Shown one piece after another: positions 9,301-18,352 of a stretch of DNA of 54,027 nucleotides. How positions within the stretch are numbered: position 1 is the first letter of the stretch; every line of letters begins with the position of its first letter. The position numbers were made by a program, and so were the translations under genes. The stretch comes from Blastocatellia bacterium. GTDB lineage: Bacteria; Acidobacteriota; Blastocatellia; Chloracidobacteriales; Chloracidobacteriaceae. The notes below the pieces were generated by a model. It did no database searches. It had not been told where the DNA came from and saw only the letters and a program-made list of their open reading frames with translations. The stretch lies in assembly GCA_019695185.1 (NCBI GenBank), contig JAIBAN010000056.1:1-54027 (forward strand), read 5' to 3'.

Positions 9301-12300
9301 ATGGACCAGACTCCCCCGACTCATGCTCCCCCATCACAACGGTGCTGTCATTGTGGAGCGCAGGTTGCCACCACCTGGGAATTTTGCATGACCTGCGGGT
9401 TACGGCTGGACGAGGCCGTTCTCAAAGAGATTTCCCATATTGATTACTTGCTGCAACAGGTCCATTCGTGGCCTCAAAAACAACTGATTTCCCAACCTGT
9501 GGCGCACAAGGTAACCGGTTATTACCAGGAGAATCGACATCACCTGATTCGGTCCCTCCTGCCGCGTCCGCCGATCCCCCCAAGAGAATCCACGGAACAA
9601 CCATTTCCAAACAACCTGACTCCCCTGCCCGAATTCCCGGCAAGATTGTATCCCGGTTCCGACAGGGGGCCGGCTCCAGGCACACCACCCCGACCAGAAA
9701 CACCCCCAAGTGGGTATTCCGGTCCCAGCGGACCGGCTCCGGGAACTCCTCCCCGGCCTGAGCCGCCCCCTTTTACTCCACCGCAACCTTCCTGGATTGA
9801 ACGACTTTCCGCCCCGCAGATCCTGATGTGGATGGTCTATGGCGGAGCCGGTCTGTTTGTCATTGGAACGCTGGTTTATCTGCGGGATGTGATCGCCCAG
9901 CAATTGCGACAACCGGTTGTCCAGGCCGGACTGCTGGCACTTCTGACCATTGGGGCCTTGGCCAGTGGCATCGGATTGCTGAAACGCACGCAACAACGAT
10001 TGGCGGGCCGGGGATTGGTCCTGTTGGGGTCGCTCCTCATCCCGGTCAACCCCTGGTTTTTGGTCCATTCCGGGTTGTTGCCCAGGGGAGACAAAGCCTG
10101 GGCGGTCGGACTGTTCTGCACCGTTGCCTATGGAACCCTGACTGTCATTCTCAACGAGCCGCTCCTGCTTTATTTAGCCTTGCCAGCCCTGCTGCTTTCC
10201 GGATTTGGCATATTGAACACGGTCTTACACGCACCTCCGGACGGGTACGCCCTGCTGGCCGCCATCTTTTCCCTGGTGGTGTTGTATGCTGAAACCCAAC
10301 TGGAACAGAATCCCCCCAAGGTATCGCCCACGGGCTCGCTTCCCTTTTCCCGGCCTTTCCTGCATGTAGGGCACCTCGTATTGGCAGCAACCCTGGCCGT
10401 CTATCTGGTGGTTTACCCGGTGGTGGGTTCTCCGGGAGCGTATGAAATCCGGCTCATTATCGGAGATTCAGCAGGTGCGCTTTCACAGGCCGGGTATGTT
10501 GGCCTCCTGCTGCTGGCGGCATTGGCCTATTTTGCAACGGCCTACCAGAAACAGATGCCGGTTCTGATGTATCTGGGCACGTTGTTGACGGTTTGGGCTT
10601 ACAGCAGTGAAATTTTCTGGTTCCGGCATGACCAGATTTCCGCACTGGTTCGGGTTGGTATCTGGATGGCAGGGACCTTTCTCTTTCTGCGGCTGGTGAC
10701 GTGGTTTGAGGCGGCTGCGGCTGCGGCTCAACGGTCAGGCCGTACTTACTGGCTGGGCGGTCAGTATATTTTTGCCCTCCGGCGTTGCTCCTATGCCCTT
10801 TTTGCGGTTTCGGCCCTGCTGACGTTGACAACGATCAGATTTGGCGGATTTGATGTGTTTGGAACCGTCAACCTGTTGGTTCAATTTGAGTTTTTCCTGT
10901 TGGCACTCTATTTCGCCCACCATGCCCGCCTGCGCGCCACCATGACACTTTCTTATCTGGCAGCCTGGCTGGCGCTCTTTATCATCAGTTGGGATGTCTG
11001 TGCCTTTGCTGTCCGGCAGCAGCCTTTGGCTGGGCTCAAACTAGGTCCGTATCACCTCTGGATGCTGACAGGGTTCGCGTTTCTCGGTGCGGCTCTGGCC
11101 GTGCGCCGGAATGCCCAGCCGGTCACACAAGGTCCTGACCGTCCCCAAATTATCATTGAAACGCTGTGGGCCGTGGCGGTTCTGGTTGCCCTCGTGAATG
11201 GCGTCCACTGGTTGGACCAGCTCTCCTACGGCGACCGGTTCAGGGTTCTGGTGCTGGGCGGTCAACTGGCGGCTTTTTTTGCGATTTCAGGGCACTGCAC
11301 CCGCAACCGGTTGGCAGGAATGGCCCAGGTGTTTGTCATGGCGGTGTTTGCCACCGGCTCTTATCTTGTCTTTACCCAAGAGCATTTGGCCTGGGCCGCG
11401 CTGTGGGCGGTTGTGCTTGCGGTTGCATTTGCCGGAATGCTGAAGATGAATCCGGTGAATGATTTTCGTTGGCCAGCCGGTTTGCTGGCAACCGGAACTC
11501 TGTATGGAACCGGTTTGACAGCTTATTTGGGAATGCGCCTCCTGACCATTTCCCTTGACCGGTTCCCTCGCTTCGAAAAATACGAATTGCTTTCCGCCGG
11601 TTTGCTTGCCCTCTGGGCTTTTGTACAGGCAGGGGTCCTTTGGCATGCACCAAACGGACTGGTGTCCGGGTTTGGCATTGACACAACGGAAACCTCCGGT
11701 CCCCGTTTCCGCAAAGCCGTTGTTCTCGGTTCAGCCTTTGCCGCCTGGGTCAACGTGTTTGCCGTTGTGGCTGCCAGCGGAGATACCGGCCTGCCCCGTC
11801 TGATTCCGTTTCAGGCTTCTTTTTATGCGGTTGTTTTAACCATTGGCGGAATCGCCATTTTGGAAACAGCCAAACTGACCGGTGCCGACAACCTGTGGCA
11901 TCTGTTTGGGAAAGCGGCTTTTGCGTTCATCTGTGTGTTTGCCCCCTGGCTGGTGGTCATCTCGTTGCCTCATATTGGACCGGCCACGGCTGCATTTGGA
12001 CAGCATGCCCTGTGTGTGTTTGCGACCATTGGCGTTTTGGGCACCTATCTGGCCGAGCGGCGGCATAACCGATTTATGTATCCGGCCCTGGGCTGTTTCT
12101 TTTTGGCCTATCTCCGGATTTTGATTTTCTGCCAAATGCCGGAAACCATGTTCCCTGCAACGATTTTGTTCTATGGATTCGTGTTGCTGGTTGCCGGAGT
12201 CCAAATCCTGCCCAAGCTGGCCAGCCGGTTTGAAAGCCAGGTCCGGAAAACCGGCCAGGTGTTTTCCTGGCTGGGTTTGGTTTTGGTTGGTTTGCAGGGC

Positions 12301-12966
12301 ATCCTTTGGTTCCCTGGTTTAGCCTCCGACCAACGGTTACTGTTGGTCTCGTTGATGGTGGGTGTGGTTGCGGCAGCAGTCAGCAGTTTTGTCCTCCGCA
12401 GTGAGGGAACCCGTAGCGGGTTTGGCTGGGCTGGTTTTGGGTTGGGTAATCTGCTCTATGTCCGCTGGATTGGTTTTTTGGGGTTTGAAATCTGGAAAGA
12501 CGTCGAAATTTATGCGGTTCCCCTGGGCGTGGCCCTGCTGGTTACCGGCTATATCAACCTGCGTCGAGGTGGCGCTACCGAAACACTCGGACGTTTCTTT
12601 ATCTGGCAGGGCAGCTTGATGGCCTGCGTTCCAACCCTGCTCCATGCCTTGCAATCCAGGTTTTTCCTGGAACATGCGTCGTACCGGTCGGATATCACAC
12701 TGGACACCATTTCCCTCCTGATGATTCTGGCCGGGGTCATACTGCCATTACGCGCACCATTGATGGTGGGCATTGCTTCGCTTTCGATCCACCTGCTGGC
12801 CGTCATTATTCAGTTTGTTCCCTGGGGGCAGATTCACTATGCCGTTTACCTGTCTGTCATTGGGGCTTCCCTGTTCGTTGCCGGCTGGATGCTCAACAAC
12901 CGGCGTGAACGAATTGCCAAGACATTCAGTGAAAAATATGACCCTCCCCACAATCCGATCCCTTAA
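9301..12966 (+). CDS. Large polytopic membrane protein (about 25 TM) with N-terminal zinc-ribbon and Pro-rich tandem repeat linker
   Basis: 1221 aa. RBS GAGGAGG lies 6 nt upstream. N-terminus has CCHCGAQVATTWEFCMTCGLRL (CxxC...CxxC). This is followed by a repeated GPAPGTPPRPE(T/P)PP motif and then continuous hydrophobic helices to the C-terminus. No known family is assigned. Confidence 0.7.
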   Translation: MDQTPPTHAPPSQRCCHCGAQVATTWEFCMTCGLRLDEAVLKEISHIDYLLQQVHSWPQKQLISQPVAHKVTGYYQENRHHLIRSLLPRPPIPPRESTEQPFPNNLTPLPEFPARLYPGSDRGPAPGTPPRPETPPSGYSGPSGPAPGTPPRPEPPPFTPPQPSWIERLSAPQILMWMVYGGAGLFVIGTLVYLRDVIAQQLRQPVVQAGLLALLTIGALASGIGLLKRTQQRLAGRGLVLLGSLLIPVNPWFLVHSGLLPRGDKAWAVGLFCTVAYGTLTVILNEPLLLYLALPALLLSGFGILNTVLHAPPDGYALLAAIFSLVVLYAETQLEQNPPKVSPTGSLPFSRPFLHVGHLVLAATLAVYLVVYPVVGSPGAYEIRLIIGDSAGALSQAGYVGLLLLAALAYFATAYQKQMPVLMYLGTLLTVWAYSSEIFWFRHDQISALVRVGIWMAGTFLFLRLVTWFEAAAAAAQRSGRTYWLGGQYIFALRRCSYALFAVSALLTLTTIRFGGFDVFGTVNLLVQFEFFLLALYFAHHARLRATMTLSYLAAWLALFIISWDVCAFAVRQQPLAGLKLGPYHLWMLTGFAFLGAALAVRRNAQPVTQGPDRPQIIIETLWAVAVLVALVNGVHWLDQLSYGDRFRVLVLGGQLAAFFAISGHCTRNRLAGMAQVFVMAVFATGSYLVFTQEHLAWAALWAVVLAVAFAGMLKMNPVNDFRWPAGLLATGTLYGTGLTAYLGMRLLTISLDRFPRFEKYELLSAGLLALWAFVQAGVLWHAPNGLVSGFGIDTTETSGPRFRKAVVLGSAFAAWVNVFAVVAASGDTGLPRLIPFQASFYAVVLTIGGIAILETAKLTGADNLWHLFGKAAFAFICVFAPWLVVISLPHIGPATAAFGQHALCVFATIGVLGTYLAERRHNRFMYPALGCFFLAYLRILIFCQMPETMFPATILFYGFVLLVAGVQILPKLASRFESQVRKTGQVFSWLGLVLVGLQGILWFPGLASDQRLLLVSLMVGVVAAAVSSFVLRSEGTRSGFGWAGFGLGNLLYVRWIGFLGFEIWKDVEIYAVPLGVALLVTGYINLRRGGATETLGRFFIWQGSLMACVPTLLHALQSRFFLEHASYRSDITLDTISLLMILAGVILPLRAPLMVGIASLSIHLLAVIIQFVPWGQIHYAVYLSVIGASLFVAGWMLNNRRERIAKTFSEKYDPPHNPIP

Positions 12967-13509
12967 AAACGTTTTTAGGAATTGGGGCGCGATGTGTTTA
13001 TCGCACCTGGCTTGAGGTCGAACCCAGAGCGACTTTTGGTGGAAGGCGATTGTGGCTCGGTTGGTTGACGGCTTCAAGAAACAGTAAACCTGCGATGAAA
13101 CCCATCGTGCCACATTTTTGCTAAATCGGACCACCCAACATTGGAACACTTTGCCATTTTTTTCTCACCGCAGAGGCGTAGAGAAAACGCAGAGAATGCG
13201 CAAAGAAAAAAACAGAAAAACTCTGCGAAAACTCTGCGAAAACTCCGCGTCTTCACGCTGAAAGTAAAAATTTAAAATGTTCCCATCTTTTGTGGATTGA
13301 TTTAGCCAAGAACTGCTGATTTTGACGATGAAGGCCGGGCGGAGGGAGTGGGTACAAATTTGAGAGGCTGTAGCAGATATTCAGCTTTCCTTTCACTCCT
13401 CTGCCATAGACCCAAAACCTGAAACTCAAAATTTGTAGGAATTCTGACGGCGGCTGTTTTAGGATGCAGCCGCATTTTTTATTTTCATGACAGGGAGTCA
13501 AAGGTTGCC

Positions 13510-15510
13510 ATGCTGAACATCAACCGGGTGATTTTATACAAACACGGAATTGGATATTTTGAACGAGCCGGTTCCATCGAAGGCGACAGGGCGGTGGATT
13601 TGTTTTTCCGCACCTCGGAAGTGAGCGACGTCCTCAAATCGCTGACGGTGATTGACCTGGACGGAGGCGAGATTGCCTCGGTGTCTTATGATTCCATCAA
13701 GCCGCTCGACGAACTGCTGCGCGACATTTCCCTGTCGGTGCCCGACGACAACAGTCTGCTCGGACTCCTGCCGCAATTGAAAGGGGCACAGGTGGAAATC
13801 CAGTGTGGCGGTGAAACCCTGCAAGCCATGATTGTGGGAATTGACCAGACGACCTCCCGCTCGGCGGACGGCATTACAACCACGCCCTCCATCACGGTTT
13901 TGACTTCAGACGGGCAACTGCAATCACTTTCCATGCGCGAGATTCGTTCGATTACCCTGCTTGAGGAACGACTGCGCAAGGAATTGGAGTATTACCTCAC
14001 CATGCATCTGTCCTCCAAAAAGAAGGACATCAAGAAATTCACTGTGTTCACCCAGGGGCAAGGTACCCGCCGGTTGCAGGTGAGCTACACGCTGCCCATG
14101 CCGGTCTGGAAGGCGACCTATCGCATCATCCTGGAGCCAAACCGCGAATCCATCATTCAAGGCTGGGCCGTGGTGGACAACACCCAGGACGAAGACTGGG
14201 AAAACGTCTCGTTGTCGCTGGTTTCCGGCCTTCCGATTTCGTTTATTCACGACCTCTATACCGCCCGCTATCTGCCGCGCCCGGTGGTGGCCGTCCAGGA
14301 GGAAACCTCGCTGGCACCACCGATGATGGAGGAACCCGTCTACCGCCAGGAACGCGCCACCAAAGAAATCTATCCGGGGGCAGCCGCAGCTCCGGCTCCG
14401 GCTCCGGCAGCCGAAAGTTATGCGACCACCGGCCTGGCGCAGGAAATGTCATTTGGGCATCAGGCCAAACGCCGGACCGCTCCGCAAGGCATCAGCAGCG
14501 TCAACGTCCAAACCCGCGAGCGGGCGGTGGGCGACCTGTTCCAGTACGAAATCACAACGCCGGTCACCATCAAGCGCAACCAGTCGGCGCTGGTTCCAAT
14601 TGTGTTTAAGAAATTCAAAGGCCGGTCGGTCCTCCTCTATAATGAACAAACCCGTGCCCGTAACCCGCTGACCTGCGTCGAGATGGAAAACACCACCGAA
14701 TTGACGCTGGAAGGCGGTCCGGTGACTGTGCTCGAAGGAGACACCTATGTGGGCGAGGCCATGCTGCAAACCATGAAGCCGGAGGAAAAACGACTGGTGC
14801 CCTATTCGGTTGAGCTGGGTGTCGTGGCCGAGGCCAAAATGGAAAGCCGGCAGGAACGAACCCACTTTGTCAAAATCGTCAACGGCACGTTGGAAGCCTG
14901 TTATCTGGATGTCCGGCAAAAAGTCTATGTGTTCAACAACAAGGTCAAAGCGGAACGGACCGTTTATATTGAACATCCGCGCGACCTGGGTTGGGAACTG
15001 ACTTCCACGCCGGAACCGGTTGAGACCACGCCCACCTATTACCGGTTCAAGGCCAAACTGGAACCCGACAGCACGGCGCGGTTTACGGTTCATGAAAAGC
15101 AGGAACGGAGCCACTATTATCAACTGCGCAATATCACAAGCGATGAGTTGGAATTCTACATTGGCCAGCGTTATGTCAACCGGCAGGCGGCAGAGACCCT
15201 GCAAAAAGTGCTGGAACTCAAACAGCAAATCAACGACCTTGACCTCGACCTGGGGCGTGCGGAAGTTGAAAGCCGTGACATTGAAACCGACCAGAAACGG
15301 ATCCGCGAAAATCTGCAATCGCTCAAGGAAGGCCGGGGTGAACAGGAACTCCGCACCCGGCTGGTGGAAAAACTGCTCAGTCAGGAGGAACGTCTGGAGC
15401 AATTGCAGAAATCCATCAGCCTGCAACGGGCCGAGCGCATCACCTTGCATGAAAAAATCAATTCGCTGATTGCTGACATCCGGATGGAAATCAATCTGAA
15501 TCAGGACTGA
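13510..15510 (+). CDS. Conserved hypothetical protein with C-terminal coiled-coil (possibly DUF4139/DUF4140-like)
   Basis: 666 aa. RBS AGGGAG. The globular N-terminal two thirds are followed by a heptad-rich coiled coil (LELKQQINDLDLDLGRAEVESRDIETDQKRIRENLQSLKEG...). The family assignment is from memory only and is weak. Confidence 0.55.
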   Translation: MLNINRVILYKHGIGYFERAGSIEGDRAVDLFFRTSEVSDVLKSLTVIDLDGGEIASVSYDSIKPLDELLRDISLSVPDDNSLLGLLPQLKGAQVEIQCGGETLQAMIVGIDQTTSRSADGITTTPSITVLTSDGQLQSLSMREIRSITLLEERLRKELEYYLTMHLSSKKKDIKKFTVFTQGQGTRRLQVSYTLPMPVWKATYRIILEPNRESIIQGWAVVDNTQDEDWENVSLSLVSGLPISFIHDLYTARYLPRPVVAVQEETSLAPPMMEEPVYRQERATKEIYPGAAAAPAPAPAAESYATTGLAQEMSFGHQAKRRTAPQGISSVNVQTRERAVGDLFQYEITTPVTIKRNQSALVPIVFKKFKGRSVLLYNEQTRARNPLTCVEMENTTELTLEGGPVTVLEGDTYVGEAMLQTMKPEEKRLVPYSVELGVVAEAKMESRQERTHFVKIVNGTLEACYLDVRQKVYVFNNKVKAERTVYIEHPRDLGWELTSTPEPVETTPTYYRFKAKLEPDSTARFTVHEKQERSHYYQLRNITSDELEFYIGQRYVNRQAAETLQKVLELKQQINDLDLDLGRAEVESRDIETDQKRIRENLQSLKEGRGEQELRTRLVEKLLSQEERLEQLQKSISLQRAERITLHEKINSLIADIRMEINLNQD

Positions 15511-15639
15511 GGACTGAGGACTGAGGGCTGAGAACCAACCGGAGCAGCAACCTGAAGCTGAGACTTTCCATGAAAGACTCCCCTGCATAATTTTGCTATG
15601 GCCAACACACGAAAAACTCAGTCCTCAGTCCTCAGTCCT
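15503..15639. repeat. Inverted pair of CTGAGGA-family heptamer arrays flanking the RBS/start of the ATP-grasp gene
   Basis: GGACTGAGGACTGAGGACTGAGGGCTGAG (15503-15532) and CTCAGTCCTCAGTCCTCAGTCCTG (15617-15639) are reverse complements separated by ~85 nt. Confidence 0.8.
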
Positions 15640-16896
15640 GTTTTTACTTCCTACGCTGAGTTTGCCCAAGCCCTTTATCAAACCGGGATTCTGTCGGACC
15701 CTTGGTTTGACGGGAACGAACGGTTCCGGCTGGAAGGCATCCGGCTGACATCCGACACCCTTCGCCAACTGGCCAAAACTGCCGAGCGGGTGGCCTATCT
15801 GCATCAGGAACTGGTGGAAATTCTGCTGGAGCACCCGGAACTGGTGGCCGAATTTTATCATTTGACACCGTGCCAGCAGGCCATGTGGGAAACCTCCGGC
15901 GGTGAATGGCATGGAATGGCCCGCGCCGACCTCTTTCTTTGCGAAGACGGACGGGTCCTCTGTTGCGAACTCAACAGCGACACGCCTTCGGGTCAGCCGG
16001 AGGCGGTCGTCCTGAATCAGCTTTTACACAATCATAATGGCCAACCGGAAGACCCAAACGCCGGATTTGCCGCCCGGTTTCTGGAGATGCTCCAGGAAAG
16101 CCATGCCAAACGAACCGACCAGCCGCTGGCACAGGTCGGCATCATCTATCCCACTGAACTCACCGAGGATTTGGGCATGATGACTCTTTTCCGCCGCTGG
16201 CTGGAAGCTGCTGGAATCCAGGTGGTGGTGGGTTCGCCTTTCAACCTGCACCGCACTGCAGACCGACTGGAAATCCTGGGCGTGCCGGTGGATTTGGTGG
16301 TGCGGCATTACAAAACCGACTGGTGGGGCGAACGGCTTCCCGTGTGGGCCGACCAAGCCGAGTTTCCCGACCCGGACCCGCTCTATGGTCCGCTCAAAAC
16401 CCTGCTCAAAGCCGAACTGGATGGCGTGGTGACCGTCGTCAATCCGTTTGGAGCGGTGGTTACCCAAAATAAATTTTCCCTGGCCTTTTTCTGGGAGGAA
16501 ATCGCCCGCTTCTCCCCCCGCTCGGCCCGCTGGATTCGCAAACACATTCCGGAAACCTATCGTATGACCACAGTGCCGCTCGAATTGCTGCGGGCTGAAC
16601 GGGAGCGGTGGGTCCTCAAAAGCGACTACGGCTGCGAAGGTGCAGAAACCGTGGTCGGCCCTTTCGTCAGTGATGAAATCTGGCACAAGAGTCTGGACAT
16701 GGCATTCCCCGAACATTTTGTCGTCCAACGATTTTTCCACGTCAAACCGGATGCCGCCGGCTGGTTGCCGAATTTCGGCGTCTTTGTGCTGGGCGGGAGC
16801 ACTGCCGGTTTCTTTACCCGGCTTTCCCCCAAAAGTACGGGGTATGACGCCGTGACGGTGCCAACTTTTGTTGCCAACTCATCGGCTGATAGGTGA
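15598..16896 (+). CDS. Glutathionylspermidine-synthase-like ATP-grasp amidoligase (YgiC/YjfC family, circularly permuted ATP-grasp)
   Basis: 432 aa. Motif RADLFLCEDGRVLCCELNSDTPSGQPEAVVLNQ matches the GSP_synth preATP-grasp signature (RxDF...DG..K.lEyNADTPtsl.Ea). Codons 7-14 are encoded by a CTGAGGA-family heptamer array. Confidence 0.7.
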   Translation: MANTRKTQSSVLSPVFTSYAEFAQALYQTGILSDPWFDGNERFRLEGIRLTSDTLRQLAKTAERVAYLHQELVEILLEHPELVAEFYHLTPCQQAMWETSGGEWHGMARADLFLCEDGRVLCCELNSDTPSGQPEAVVLNQLLHNHNGQPEDPNAGFAARFLEMLQESHAKRTDQPLAQVGIIYPTELTEDLGMMTLFRRWLEAAGIQVVVGSPFNLHRTADRLEILGVPVDLVVRHYKTDWWGERLPVWADQAEFPDPDPLYGPLKTLLKAELDGVVTVVNPFGAVVTQNKFSLAFFWEEIARFSPRSARWIRKHIPETYRMTTVPLELLRAERERWVLKSDYGCEGAETVVGPFVSDEIWHKSLDMAFPEHFVVQRFFHVKPDAAGWLPNFGVFVLGGSTAGFFTRLSPKSTGYDAVTVPTFVANSSADR

Positions 16897-16945
16897 ACAT
16901 ACTGAAAAAATTGTTTGGCTGTGAATCAAGGAGCAAAGCAAAACC

Positions 16946-18340
16946 ATGTCAGATGGGAATTTTCCTGAGCAGAAACCTTTTGGACGCGTCAATCGCCGGA
17001 CGGCTGCCTACGGCGGCGAATCGAAGGATTGGTGGCGGACATCGCGCCGCAAATTCATCATCGGCGGGGCGGTGGCCGGGGTCGGAGCCCTGGCTGTAGC
17101 TGGAGGCGGCCTCTATTGGCTGCTCAAAGACGATACCTCCGAAGTCAATCACGACTCGCTGGACTTGCAGAAAAAACATGGCTGGAACATTGGTTCCGAG
17201 GAAAAAACCATTTCGCTTCCCAATGCCCAAACCAAGGATTCGCTGGGAACGGAAAACTGGAAGAAGTATCTGGACCAGAATGCCATGCTGGCGGCCTGGA
17301 CTCCCAAAGCACCAAACTGGGCACCCTATTTTGTGCCAACCCTGATACAGTCGCTCCAGTTTGAAACCCTGCGCAAGGTGATGACACCGGTTTTCACGCC
17401 CGATATGCAGGAAGCCTACGAACGGGCGCAATCCATCGCCAGGGATTTTCTGGCCAATGCCCAGAATGCCGCCGACACTGCCATTGTGGTGGATGTTCCC
17501 GGACGGGACAGTGTCGCGTTTGGCGCGGGCATGGCCGATTCGGGCCGCCTGATTGCCGGGTTTGACAATTTTCCGCACCCGCTGGGCGTGGTTCCCTCGC
17601 ACGAAACGCTGGGAGCGTTGCTGTATTACACAGGCGAAATCGAAACCAAACAGGCCCAGGTGAAGGATACGGCTCCGGCGGTGTTTCTGCTCGATTCAAA
17701 GCGGCTTTCCGAGTACAAGGACGAAGAAACCCAGTTTGACAACCGCTTTCTGGCCAAACTGCCCTCGGCTCAGAAACTCCGTGAAGCAGGCATCAAATCC
17801 ATTCTCTATATCACACCGGACCGGGCCCGGAGCGAGGAACTCGACGACCTGAACGAGGATTTTGTCGCATTCAAAGACCAGGGCCTGAGCGTGGCCGTCC
17901 TGCCGCTCAGTGATTTCACCCCCGTCAGCGAAACCGTGGCCCAAAAACAGGCCGACGGAACCACGCAAACCCAGGTGGTGCGGCATTATTATTATGGCGG
18001 GAACCCGCTGGGGCACACGTGGTTTTTCTACTCGTACCCGTTTTATTCGCCCTATCCGTCGTATGTGCAACGGTATCCGACCTATTCGCGCCCGCCCTCA
18101 CCGCCGCCGGTCAGCGCGCCCAGATACCTGCCTGCACCACGCCCGACCATGTTTTCAGGCACCCGCATCGGAGGTTCGGCCAGCGGGGTCGGACGCAGCA
18201 AACCGAGCGGTTTCGGTCGCACCACAGTTCGCGTTTCGCCGAGCGGTTCGGTCGTCGGAACCCGCCCTGGACGGTCGGGCTACTATTCGCCCAGCCGGAG
18301 CGGCTCGTTTGGCCGGAGCGGTTCATCTTCAGGCGGATAA
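16946..18340 (+). CDS. Membrane-anchored protein with Tyr/Pro-rich and Ser/Gly/Arg-rich low-complexity C-terminal tail (possible DUF1190/YgiB-YjfM-like partner of the ATP-grasp)
   Basis: 464 aa. RBS AAGGAGCA. One TM helix (IIGGAVAGVGALAVAGGGLYWLL). C-terminus is ...YYYGGNPLGHTWFFYSYPFYSPYPSYVQRYPTYSRPPSPPPV...GRSGSSSGG. The DUF1190 call rests on neighbourhood logic (E. coli ygiBC and yjfMC) plus weak tail similarity. Confidence 0.5.
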   Translation: MSDGNFPEQKPFGRVNRRTAAYGGESKDWWRTSRRKFIIGGAVAGVGALAVAGGGLYWLLKDDTSEVNHDSLDLQKKHGWNIGSEEKTISLPNAQTKDSLGTENWKKYLDQNAMLAAWTPKAPNWAPYFVPTLIQSLQFETLRKVMTPVFTPDMQEAYERAQSIARDFLANAQNAADTAIVVDVPGRDSVAFGAGMADSGRLIAGFDNFPHPLGVVPSHETLGALLYYTGEIETKQAQVKDTAPAVFLLDSKRLSEYKDEETQFDNRFLAKLPSAQKLREAGIKSILYITPDRARSEELDDLNEDFVAFKDQGLSVAVLPLSDFTPVSETVAQKQADGTTQTQVVRHYYYGGNPLGHTWFFYSYPFYSPYPSYVQRYPTYSRPPSPPPVSAPRYLPAPRPTMFSGTRIGGSASGVGRSKPSGFGRTTVRVSPSGSVVGTRPGRSGYYSPSRSGSFGRSGSSSGG

Positions 18341-18352
18341 GCGGTTTTCCGA

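Noticed and set aside
14449-15588. 379-aa minus-strand ORF antisense to the 13510 gene
   Set aside because: Antisense artefact. The plus-strand gene has an RBS, a coiled-coil and coherent codon usage.
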